Below, piece after piece: positions 52,301 through 64,000 of a DNA stretch of 64,000 bases; within the stretch, counting starts at the first letter, position 1; each line of letters begins with the position of its first letter. The notes under the pieces were generated by a model. That model saw only the letters and a list, made by a program, of their open reading frames with translations, was not told the origin of the DNA and did not search any database. This DNA is from Heterodontus francisci (lineage: Eukaryota). The translations under genes were made by a program, and so were the position numbers. The stretch lies in assembly GCF_036365525.1 (NCBI RefSeq), contig NC_090371.1, forward strand, positions 16,369,422-16,433,421. The letters run 5' to 3'.

Positions 52301-54599
52301 CCAGCAGAGACTTCCCACTTGGCAGGGACTTCCCGCCTGGCAGAGTCTTCCTGCCTGGCAGAGACTTCCCGCTCAGCTGAGACTTACCGCTCGGCTGAGA
52401 CTTCCCACCTGGCAGAGACTTCCCGCCTGGCAAAGAGAACCCACCCAGCAGAGACTTCCCAAGAGGCAGAGACATCCCGGCTGGCAAAGACAACCCACCG
52501 AGCAGGGACGTCCTGACTGGCAGAGACTTCCCACCCGGCAGAGACTTCCCACCAGGCAGAGACTTCCCAACAGGCAGAGTCTTCCCGCCTGGCAAAGACA
52601 TCCCCTCCAGCAGAGACTTCCCGCCCAGCAGAGACTCCCCGCCCAGCAGAGACTCCCCACTCAGCAGAGACTCCATACCCGGCAGAGACTCCCCGATCAG
52701 CAGAGACTCCCTGCCCAGCTGAGGCTTCCCGCTCGGCAGAGACTCCACGCACAGCAGAGACTCCCCGCCCAACGGAGACTTCCCACTCGGCAGTGATTTC
52801 CTGCCCAGCAGAGACTTCCCAATTGGCAGAGACGTCCCGCTCGGCAGAGACCTCCCACTCGGCACGGACTTCCCACTCGGCAGACACTTCCCACCCAGCA
52901 GAGATTTCCTGCCTGGCGGAGAATTCCCACTCGGCTGTGACTTCCCACCAGGCAGAGAATTCCCGCCCAGCAGACACTTCCCACTCGGCAGGGACTTCCC
53001 ACTCGGCAGAGACTTCCTGCTCGGCAGAGACTTCCCACTCGGCAGGGACTTCCCATTCGGCAGAGACATCCCACCCAGCAGTGATTTCCTGCCTGGCGGA
53101 GAATTCCCACTCGGCAGAGACTTCCCACCAGGCAGAGAATTCCCGCCCAGCAGACACTTGGCACTCGGCAGGGACTTCCCACTCGGCAGAGACTTCCTGC
53201 TCGGCAGAGACTTCCCACTCGGCAGAGACTTCCCGCTCGGCAGAGACTTCCCACTCGGCAGAGATTTCCCGCTCGGCAGAGACTTCCCACCCAGCAGAGA
53301 CTTCCCACTCGGCAGAGACTTCCCACTCGCAGAGACATCCCGCTCGGCAGGTACTTCACACTCAGCAGAGACTTCCCACTCGGCAGAGACTTTCCACCAG
53401 GCAGAGACTTCCCACTCGGCAGAGACTTCCCACTCGGCAGAGAATTCCCGCTCGGCAGGTACTTCACACTCAGCAGAGACTTCCCGCCTGGCAGAGACTT
53501 TCCACCAGGCAGAGACTTCCCGCCTGGCAGAGACTTTCCACCAGGCAGAGACTTCCCACCCAGCAGAGACTTCCCTACAGGCAGAGACTTCCCAACAGGC
53601 AGAGACTACCTGCCTGGCAGAGACTTCCCAAGAGGCAGAGACTTCCCGCCTGGCAGAGACTTCCCACACAGGCAGAGACTCCCAGCTCAGCAGAGACTCC
53701 CTGCCCAGCAGAGACTCCCTGCCCAGCAGAGGCTTCCCGCTCGGCAGTGAGTCCCCACACAGGCAGAGACTCCTTGCGCAGCAGAGAATTCTAGCCCAGC
53801 AGAGACATCCCGCCCAACAGAGACTTCCCACTCGGCAGTGATTTCCCGCCCAGCAGAGACTTCCCACTCGGGAGAGACGTCCCGCTCGGCAGAGACTTCC
53901 CGCTCGGCAGAGACTTCCCACTCGGCAGAGACTTCCCACCCGGCAGAGACTTCCCACCAGGCAGAGACTTCCCAACAGGCAGAGACTTCCCGCCTGGCAA
54001 AGACATCCCCTCCAGCAGAGACTTCCCGCCCAGCAGAGACTCCCCGCCCAGCAGAGACTCCCCACTCAGCAGAGACTCCATACCCGGCAGAGACTCCCCG
54101 ATCAGCAGAGACTCCCTGCCCAGCAGAGACTCCCCGCCCAGCAGAGAATTCCAGCCCAGCAGAGACTTCCTGCCCAACGGAGACTTCCCACTCGGCAGAG
54201 ACTTCCCACCCAGCAGAGATTTCCTGCCTGGCGGAGAATTCCCACTCGGCTGTGACTTCCCACCAGGCAGAGAATTCCCGCCCAGCAGACACTTCCCACT
54301 CGGCAGGGACTTCCCACTCGGCAGAGACTTCCCACTCGGCAGAGACATCCCACCCAGCAGTGATTTCCTGCCTGGCGGAGAATTCCCACTCGGCAGAGAC
54401 TTCCCACCAGGCAGAGAATTCCCGCCCAGCAGACACTTGGCACTCGGCAGGGACTTCCCACTCGGCAGAGACTTCCTGCTCGGCAGAGACTTCCCACTCG
54501 GCAGAGACTTCCCGCTCGGCAGAGACTTCCCACTCGGCAGAGATTTCCCGCTCGGCAGAGACTTCCCACCCAGCAGAGACTTCCCACTCGGCAGAGACT

Positions 54600-55040
54600 T
54601 CCCACTCGGCAGAGACTTCCCGCTCGGCAGGTACTTCACACTCAGCAGAGACTTCCCACTCGGCAGAGACTTCCCACTCGGCAGAGACTTCCCGCTCGGC
54701 AGGTACTTCACACTCAGCAGAGACTTCCCACTCGGCAGAGACTTCCCACTCGGCAGAGACTTCCCACTCGGCAGGTACTTCACACTCAGCAGAGACTTCC
54801 CACTCGGCAGAGACTTCCCACTCGGCAGAGACTTCCCGCTCGGCAGGTACTTCACACTCAGCAGAGACTTCCCACTCGGCAGAGACTTCCCACTCGGCAG
54901 AGACTTTCCACTCGGCAGAGACTTCCCGCTCGGCAGGTACTTCACACTCAGCAGAGACTTCCCACTCGGCAGAGACTTCCCACTCGGCAGAGACTTCCCG
55001 CTCGGCAGGTACTTCACACTCAGCAGAGACTTCCCACTCG
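54600..55040. repeat. Local 72-bp (4-monomer) higher-order repeat
   Basis: Marker ggtacttcacac at 54630, 54702, 54774, 54846, 54936 and 55008 (spacings 72, 72, 72, 90, 72). Confidence 0.92.
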
Positions 55041-58000
55041 GCAGAGACTTTCCACTCGGCAGAGACTTCCCGCTCGGCAGAGACTTTCCACCAGGCAGAG
55101 ACTTCCCACTCGGCAGAGACTTCACACTCAGCAGAGACTTCCCGCCTGGCAGGGACTTCCCACCCAGCAGAGACTTCCCTACAGGCAGAGACTTCCCAAC
55201 AGGCAGAGACTACCCGCCTGGCAGAGACTTCCCACACAGGCAGAGACTTCCCGCCTGGCAGAGACTTCCCACACAGGCAGAGACTCCCCGCTCAGCAGAG
55301 ACTCCCTGCCCAGCAGAGGCTTCCCGCTCGGCAGTGAGTCCCCACACAGGCAGAGACTCCTTGCGCAGCAGAGAATTCTAGCCCAGCAGAGACATCCCGC
55401 CCAACAGAGACTTCCCACTCGGCAGTGATTTCCCGCCCAGCAGAGACTTCCCAATCGGGAGAGACTTCCCGCTCGGCAGAGACCTCCCACTCGGCAGAGA
55501 CTTCCCACCCGGCAGAGACTTCCCACTCGGCAGAGACCTCCCAGTCGGCAGAGACTTCCCACCAGGCAGAGACTTCCCACTCGGCAGAGACTCCCCGCCC
55601 AGCAGAGACTCCCCACTCAGCAGAGACTCCATACCCGGCAGAGACTCCCCGATCAGCAGAGACTCCCTGCCCAGCTGAGGCTTCCCGCTCGGCAGAGACT
55701 CCACGCACAGCAGAGACTCCCGGCCCAGCAGAGAATTCCAGCCCAGCAGAGACTTCCCAATTGGCAGAGACGTCCCGCTCGGCAGAGACCTCCCACTCGG
55801 CACGGACTTCCCACTCGGCAGAGACTTCCCACCCAGCAGAGATTTCCTGCCTGGCGGAGAATTCCCACTCGGCTGTGACTTCCCACCAGGCAGAGAATTC
55901 CCGCCCAGCAGACACTTCCCACTCGGCAGGGACTTCCCACTCGGCAGAGACTTCCTGCTCGGCAGAGACTTCCCACTCGGCAGGGACTTCCCACTCGGCA
56001 GAGACATCCCACCCAGCAGTGATTTCCTGCCTGGCGGAGAATTCCCACTCGTCAGAGACTTCCCACCAGGCAGAGAATTCCCGCCCAGCAGACACTTGGC
56101 ACTCGGCAGGGACTTCCCACTCGGCAGAGACTTCCTGCTCGGCAGAGACTCCCCGCCCAGCAGAGACTCCTTGCGCAGCAGAGCATTCCTGCCCAGCAGA
56201 GACTTCCCGCTCAGCAGAGACTTCCCGACCAACGGAGACCTCCCACTCGGCACGGACTTCCCACACAGCAGAGACTTCCCACCAGGCAGGGACTTCCCAC
56301 TCGGCAGGGACTTCCCACTCGGCAGAGACTTCCCACCCAGCAGAGATTTCCCACTCGGCAGAGTCTTCCCACCAGGCAGATTTCCCACTCGGCAGGGACT
56401 TCCCACTCGGCAGAGACTTCCCACCCAGCAGAGATTTCCAGCCTGGCAGAGAATTCCCACTCGGCAGAGACTTCCCGCCCAGCAGAGACTTCCCACTCGG
56501 CAGGGACTTCCCACTCGGCAGAGACTTCCTGCTCGGCAGAGACTTCCCGCTTGGCAGAGACCTTCCACTCGGCACGGACTTCCCACTCGGCAGAGACTTC
56601 CCACTAGGCAGAGACTTCCCGCCCGGCAGAGACTTCCCACTCGGCAGAGACTTCCCACTCGGCAGAGACTTCCTGCTCGGCAGTGACGACCCGCCTGGCA
56701 GAGACTCCCCACACAGGCAGAGACCCCCCACTCAGCAGAGACTCCCTGCCCAGCAGAGTCTTCCCGCTCGGCAGAGCCTCGCCACACAGGCAGAGCCTCC
56801 CCACACAGGCAGGGACTCCCCACACAGGCAGAGACTCCCCACTCAACAGAGACTTCTTGCCCAGCAGAGGCTTCCCGCCCAGCTGAGGCTTCCCGCTCGG
56901 CAGAGACTCCCCGCGCAGCAGAGACTCGCCGCCCAGCAGAGAGTTCCTGCCCAGCAGAGACTTCCCGCTCAGCAGAGACTTCCCGCCCAACGGAGACCTC
57001 CCACTCAGCACGGACTTCCCACACAGCAGAGACTTCCCACTCGGCAGAGACTTCCCACTCGGCAGAGACTTCCCACCAGGCAGAGAATTCCTGCCCAGCA
57101 GACACTTCCCACTCGGCAGGGACTTCCCACTCGGCAGAGACTTCCTGCTCGGCAGAGACTTCCCGCTCAGCTGAGACTTCCCTGCAGGCAGGGACTTCCC
57201 ACTCGGCAGAGATTTCCCACTCGGCAGAGACTTCCCGCTCGGCAGAGACTTCCCACCCAGCAGAGACTTCCCACCAGGCAGAGACTTCCCGCTCGGCAGA
57301 GACTTCCCACTCGGCAGAGACTTCCCGCTCGGCAGAGACTTCCCACCCAGCAGAGACTTCCCACCAGGCAGAGACTTCCCGCTCGGCAGAGACTTCCCAC
57401 TCGGCAGGCACTTCCCTCCTGGCAGGGACTCCTCACCCAGCAGAGATTTCCTGCCTGGCAGAGACTTCCCTCTCGGCACAGACTTCCCACTTGGCGGGGA
57501 CTTCCCACTCGGCCGAGACTTCCCACTAGGCAGGGAATTCCCGCCCAGCAGAGACTTCCCACTTGGCAGGGACTTCCCGCCTGGCAGAGTCTTCCTGCCT
57601 GGCAGAGACTTCCCGCTCGGCTGAGACTTACCGCTCGGCTGTGACTTCCCACCTGGCAGAGACTTCCCGCCTGGCAAAGAGAACCCAGCCAGCAGAGACT
57701 TCCCACCCAGCAGAGACTTCCCAAGAGGCAGAGACATCCCGGCTGGCAAAGACAACCCACCAAGCAGGGACTTCCTGACTGGCAGAGACTTCCCACCCGG
57801 CAGAGACTTCCCACCAGGCAGAGACTTCCCAACAGGCAGAGACTTCCCGCCTGGCAAAGACATCCCCTCCAGCAGAGACTTCCCACCCAGCAGAGTCTCC
57901 CCACTCAGCAGAGACTCCATACCCGGCAGAGACTCCCCGATCAGCAGAGACTCCCTGCCCAGCCGAGGCTTCCCGCTCGGCAGAGCCTCCCCACACAGGC

Positions 58001-61000
58001 AGAGACTCCCCGCTCAGCAGAGACTCCCTGCCCAGCTGAGGCTTCCCGCTCGGCAGAGACTCCACGCACAGCAGAGACTCCCCGCCCAGCAGAGAATTCC
58101 TGCCCAGCAGAGACTTCCCGGTCAGCAGAGACTTCCCGCCCAACGGAGACTTCCCACTCGGCAGTGATTTCCCGCCCAGCAGAGACTTCCCAATTGGCAG
58201 AGACGTCCCGCTCGGCAGAGACCTCCCACTCGGCACGGACTTCCCACTCGGCAGAGACTTCCCACCCAGCAGAGATTTCCTGCCTGGCGGAGAATTCCCA
58301 CTCGGCTGTCACTTCCCACCAGGCAGAGAATTCCCGCCCAGCAGACACTTCGCACTCGGCAGGGACTTCCCACTCGACAGAGACTTCCCGCTCGGCAGAG
58401 ACTTCCCACCCAGCAGAGACTTCCCACTCGGCAGAGACTTCCCACTCGGCAGAGATTTCCCACTCGGCAGAGACTTCCCGATCAGCAGAGACTCCCTGCC
58501 CAGCCGAGGCTTCCCGCTCGGCAGAGCCTCCCCACACAGGCAGAGACTCCCCGCTCAGCAGAGACTCCCTGCCCAGCTGAGGCTTCCCGCTCGGCAGAGA
58601 CTCCACGCACAGCAGAGACTCCCCGCCCAGCAGAAAATTCCTGCCCAGCAGAGACTTCCCGGTCAGCAGAGACTTCCCGCCCAACGGAGACTTCCCACTC
58701 GGCAGTGATTTCCCGCCCAGCAGAGACTTCCCAATTGGCAGAGACGTCCCGCTCGGCAGAGACTTCCCACTCGGCACGGACTTCCCACTCGGCAGAGACT
58801 TCCCACCCAGCAGAGATTTCCTGCCTGGCGGAGAATTCCCACTCGGCTGTCACTTCCCACCAGGCAGAGAATTCCCGCCCAGCAGAGACAGCCCGCCCAA
58901 CAGAGACTTCCCACTCGGCAGTGATTTCCCGCCCAGCAGAGACTTCCCGCTCGGCAGAGACTTCCCACGGCAGAGACTTCCCACTCGGCAGAGACTTCCC
59001 ACTCGGCAGAGACTTCCCGCTCGGCAGTGACTTCCCACCAGGCAGAGAGTTCCCACTCGGCAGAGACCTCCCACTCGGCAGAGACTTCCCACTCGGCAGT
59101 GACTTCCCACCAGGCAGAGAGTTCCCACTCGGCAGAGACTTCCCACTCGGCAGAGACTTCCCACTCGGCAGAGACCTCCCACTCGGCAGAGACTTCCCAC
59201 TCGGCAGTGACTTCCCACCAGGCAGAGACTTCCTATTCGGCAGAGACTCCCCACACAGGCAGAGACTCCTTGCGCAGCAGAGAATTCCTGCCCAGCAGAG
59301 ACATCCCGCCCAACAGAGACTTCCTACTCGGCAGAGACTTCCCGCTCGGCAGAGACTTCACACTCGGCAGAGACTTCCCACTCGGCAGAGACTTCCCACT
59401 CGGCAGAGACTTCCCTCCAGGCAGGGACTTCCCACTCGGCAGAGACTTCCCACTCGGCAGGGACTTCCCACTCGACAGAGACTTCCCGCTCGGCAGAGAC
59501 ATCCCACCCAGCAGTGATTTCCTGCCTGGCGGAGAATTCCCACTCGGCAGAGACTTCCCACCAGGCAGAGAATTCCTGCCCAGCAGACACTTCGCACTCG
59601 GCAGGGACTTCCCACTCGACAGAGACTTCCCGCTCGGCAGAGACTTCCCACCCAGCAGAGACTTCCCACTCGGCAGAGACTTCCCACTCGGCAGAGATTT
59701 CCCACTCGGCAGAGACTTCCCGATCAGCAGAGACTCCCTGCCCAGCCGAGGCTTCCCGCTCGGCAGAGCCTCCCCACACAGGCAGAGACTCCCCGCTCAG
59801 CAGAGACTCCCTGCCCAGCTGAGGCTTCCCGCTCGGCAGAGACTCCACGCACAGCAGAGACTCCCCGCCCAGCAGAGAATTCCTGCCCAGCAGAGACTTC
59901 CCGGTCAGCAGAGACTTCCCGCCCAACGGAGACTTCCCACTCGGCAGTGATTTCCCGCCCAGCAGAGACTTCCCAATTGGCAGAGACGTCCCGCTCGGCA
60001 GAGACCTCCCACTCGGCACAGACTTCCCACTCGGCAGAGACTTCCCACCCAGCAGAGATTTCCTGCCTGGCGGAGAATTCCCACTCGGCTGTCACTTCCC
60101 ACCAGGCAGAGAATTCCCGCCCAGCAGAGACAGCCCGCCCAACAGAGACTTCCCACTCGGCAGTGATTTCCCGCCCAGCAGAGACTTCCCACTCGGGAGA
60201 GACGTCCCGCTCGGCAGAGACTTCCCACGGCAGAGACTTCCCACTCGGCAGAGACTTCCCACTCGGCAGAGACTTCCCACTCGGCAGTGACTTCCCACCA
60301 GGCAGAGAGTTCCCACTCGGCAGAGACCTCCCACTCGGCAGAGACTTCCCACTCGGCAGTGACTTCCCACCAGGCAGAGAGTTCCCACTCGGCAGAGACT
60401 TCCCACTCGGCAGAGAGTTCCCACTCGGCAGAGACTTCCCACTCGGCAGTGACTTCCCACTCGGCAGTGACTTCCCACCAGGCAGAGACTTCCTATTCGG
60501 CAGAGACTCCCCACACAGGCAGAGACTCCTTGCGCAGCAGAGAATTCCTGCCCAGCAGAGACATCCCGCCCAACAGAGACTTCCTACTCGGCAGAGACTT
60601 CCCGCTCGGCAGAGACTTCACACTCGGCAGAGACTTCCCACCAGGCAGAGACTTCCCTCCAGGCAGAGACTTCCCACCAGGCAGAGACTTCCCAACAGGC
60701 AGAGACCTCCCACCTGGCAGAGATTTCCCTCCAGGCAGAGACTTCCCGCTCGGCAGAGACTTCACACTCGGCAGAGACTTCCCACCAGGCAGAGATTTCC
60801 CACCAGGCAGAGACTTCCCACCAGGCAGAGACTTCCCACCAGGCAGAGACTTCCCGCTGGCAGGTACTTCCCACTCGGCAGGTACTTCCTGCCAAGCAGA
60901 GACTTCCCGCTCGGCAGAGACTTCACACTAGGCAGAGATTTCCCGCCCAGCAGAGACTTCCCGCTCGGCAGAGACATCCCGCTCGGCAGAGACTTCCTGC

Positions 61001-63139
61001 GCAGTAGTGAATTCCCTCTCGGCAAGGTCTTCCCGCCCGGCAGAGTCTTCCCACTCGGCACAGACCTCCCGCTCGGTAGTGACCTCCCACTCAAAGAGAC
61101 TTCCCGCTCGGCCGATATTTCCCACTCAGCAGAGACTTCCCACTTGGCAGAGACCTCCTACCCAGCAGGAACTTCCCGACTGGCAGAGACTTCCCACCAG
61201 GCAGAGACTTCCCACCCAGCAGAGACTTCCCGCTCAGCAGAGACTCCTTGCGCAGCAGAGAATTCCTGCCCAGCAGAGACATCCCGCCCAACAGAGACTT
61301 CCCACTCGGCAGTGATTTCCCGCCCTGCAGAGACTTCCTACTCGACAGAGACTTCCCGCTGGCAGGTACTTCCTGCCAAGCAGAGACTTCCCGCTCGGCA
61401 GAGACTTCCCGCCCAGCAGAGACCTCCCGCTCGGCAGAGACTTCACACTCGGCAGAGAATTCCCGCCCAGCAGAGACTTCCTGCTCGGCAGAGACATCCC
61501 GCTCGGCAGAGACTTCCTGCGCGGTAGTGAATTCCCTCTCGGCAAGGACTTCCCGCCCGGCAGAGTCTTCCCACTCGGCAGAGATTTCCCTCTCGGCAGA
61601 GACTTCCCACTCAAAGAGACTTCCCGCTCGGCCGAGACTTCCCACTCGGCAGGTACTTCCCACTCGGCAGAGATTTCCCGCTCGGCAGAGACTTCCCACC
61701 CAGCAGAGAGTTCCCACTCGGCAGAGACTTCCCACTCGGCAGAGACTTCCCGCTCGGCAGGTACTTCACACTCAGCAGAGACTTCCCACTCGGCAGAGAC
61801 TTCCCACTTGGCAGAGACTTCCCGCCTGGCAGAGACTTTCCACCAGGCAGAGACTTCCCACCCAGCAGAGACTTCCCTACAGGCAGAGACTTCCCAACAG
61901 GCAGAGACTACCCGCCTGGCAGAGACTTCCCAAGAGGCAGAGACTTCCCGCCTGGCAGAGACTTCCCACACAGGCAGAGACTCCCCGCTCAGCAGAGACT
62001 CCCTGCCCAGCAGAGACTCCCTGCCCAGCAGAGGCTTCCCGCTCGGCAGTGAGTCCCCACACAGGCAGAGACTCCTTGCGCAGCAGAGAAGTCTAGCCCA
62101 GCAGAGACATCCCGCCCAACAGAGACTTCCCACTCGGCAGTGATTTCCCGCCCAGCAGAGACTTCCCACTCGGCAGAGACTTCCCACGGCAGAGACTTCA
62201 CACTCGGCAGAGACTTCCCACTCGGCAGTGACTTCCCTCCAGGCAGAGACTTCCCACTCGGCAGAGACTTCCCACTCGGCAGTGACTTCCCACCAGGCAG
62301 AGACTTCACACCCAGCAGAGACTTCCCACTCGGCAGAGACCTCCCACTCCGCAGGGACTTCCCAGTCGGCAGAGACTTCCCGCCTGGCAGAGTCTTCCCG
62401 CCTGCCAGGGACTCCTCGCCCAGCAGAGACCTCCCTCCTGGCAGAGCCCTCCCGCCCAGCAGAGACTTCCCACCAGGCAGAGACTTCCTGCCCAGCAGAG
62501 ACTTCCCGCTAGGCAGAGACTTCCCTCTCGGCAGAGACTTCCCACCAGGCAGAGACTTCCCGCCAGGCAAAGACATCCCACCCAGCAGAGGCACCCCACT
62601 CAGCAGAGACTCCCTGCTCGGCAGAGACTCCCTGCCCAGCAGAGGCTTCCCGCTCGGCAGAGACTCCCTACCCGGCAGAGACTCCCCACTCAGCAGAGAC
62701 TCCCTGCCCAGCAGAGGCTTCCCGCTCGGCAGAGACTCCCCATCCAGCAGAGACTCCCCGCTCAGCAGAGACTCCCTGCCCAGCAGAGGCTTCCCGCTCG
62801 GCAGAGACTCCCTACCCGGCAGAGACTCCCCACTCAGCAGAGACTCCCTGCCCAGCAGAGGCTTCCCGCTCGGCAGAGACTCCTCACACAGGCAGAGACT
62901 CCTTGCGCAGCAGAGAATTCCAGCCCAGCAGCCACTTCCCGCCCAGCAGAGACTTCCCACTCGGAAGAGACTTCCCGCCCAGCAGAGACTCCCGCCGGCA
63001 GAGACTTCCCGCCCAGCAGAGACTTCCTACTCGGCAGAGACTTCCCGCTGGCAGAGACTTCCCACTCGGTAGAGACTTCCCGCTCGGCAGAGACTTCCCA
63101 CTCGGCAGGGACTTCACACTCAGCAGAGATTTCCCGCCA

Positions 63140-63480
63140 GACAGAGACATCCCGCTCGGCAGAGACTTCCTGCGCAGTAGTGAATTCCCTCTCGGCAAGG
63201 ACTTCCCGCCTGGCAGAGTCTTCCCGCTCGGCAGAGACCTCCTGCCTGGCAGAGACATCCCACTCGGCAGAGACTTCCTGCGCTGTAGTGAATTCCCACT
63301 CGGCAAGGACTTCCCGCCTGGCAGAGTCTTCCCGCTCGGCAGAGACCTCCTGCCTGGCAGAGACTTCCCGCTCGGCAGAGACTTCCTGCGCAGTAGTGAA
63401 TTCCCTCTCGGCAAGGACTTCCCGCCTGGCAGAGTCTTCCCGCTCGGCAGAGACCTCCTGCCTGGCAGAGACTTCCCGCT
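63140..63480. repeat. Local 108-bp (6-monomer) higher-order repeat, three copies
   Basis: Marker gtagtgaattcc at 63177, 63285 and 63393 (spacing 108). Confidence 0.92.
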
Positions 63481-64000
63481 CGACAGAGATTTCCTGACAG
63501 GCAATAACTTCCCGCCAGGCAGAGACATCCCACTCGGCAGAGACTTCCCGCTCGGCAGGTACTTCACACTCAGCAGAGACTTCCCACTCGGCAGAGACTT
63601 CCCACTTGGCAGAGACCTCCTACCCAGCAGGAACTTCCCGACTGGCAGAGACTTCCCGCCTGGCAGAGACTTTCCACCAGGCAGAGACTTCCCACCCAGC
63701 AGAGACTTCCCTACAGGCAGAGACTTCCCAAGAGGCAGAGACTTCCCGCCTGGCAGAGACTTCCCACACAGGCAGAGACTCCCCGCTCAGCAGAGACTCC
63801 CTGCCCAGCAGAGGCTTCCCGCTCGGCAGTGAGTCCCCACACAGGCAGAGACTCCTTGCACAGCAGAGAAGTCTAGCCCAGCAGAGACATCCCGCCCAAC
63901 ATAGACTTCCCACTCGGCAGTGATTTCCCGCCCAGCAGAGACTTCCCACTCGGCAGAGACGTCCCGCTCGGCAGAGACTTCCCACGGCAGAGACTTCTTG

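Larger units (their letters stand above)
10270..64000. repeat. Giant 18-bp tandem array (minisatellite/satellite), more than 53.7 kb, roughly 3,000 monomers, open at the right edge
   Basis: Consensus GGCAGAGACTTCCCACTC: a near-constant GCAGAGACTTCC core plus a variable hexamer. Single orientation throughout, with occasional 16-17 bp monomers. The copy number is array length divided by 18. Confidence 0.99.

Noticed and set aside
10270-64000. CRISPR-like layout (constant 12-bp core plus variable 6-bp spacer)
   Set aside because: The variable parts are only 6 bp, are reused hundreds of times and are point variants of one another. There are no cas genes and the context is eukaryotic LINE/SINE DNA.

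Overview
Non-coding vertebrate genomic DNA, probably from a cartilaginous fish. That assignment is inferred only from the style of the CR1 LINE and SINE sequences. I find no intact protein-coding gene. Bases 1-10,160 are a nest of decayed non-LTR retrotransposons. They comprise several CR1 LINE remnants, a 3.07-kb ORF2-only CR1/Jockey-group LINE, a tRNA-headed SINE, a 3.46-kb internally deleted CR1 bounded by a 6-bp TSD, and a 19-copy 51-bp minisatellite. From about 10,270 to the window end lies one uninterrupted, single-orientation 18-bp tandem array (consensus GGCAGAGACTTCCCACTC, roughly 3,000 monomers, more than 53.7 kb). It has nested higher-order structure from 72 bp up to about 10 kb. 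The consensus monomer has no stop codon in any of the six frames, which explains the hundreds of spurious ORFs in the track. The most notable observations are: (1) the SINE looks like a tRNA head fused to the 5' end and the 3' end of the neighbouring LINE; (2) the array is hierarchical and zoned, and its variant alphabet is largely CpG decay; (3) the monomers are dense in NF-kB, RBPJ/Ikaros, E2F and ETS consensus motifs.
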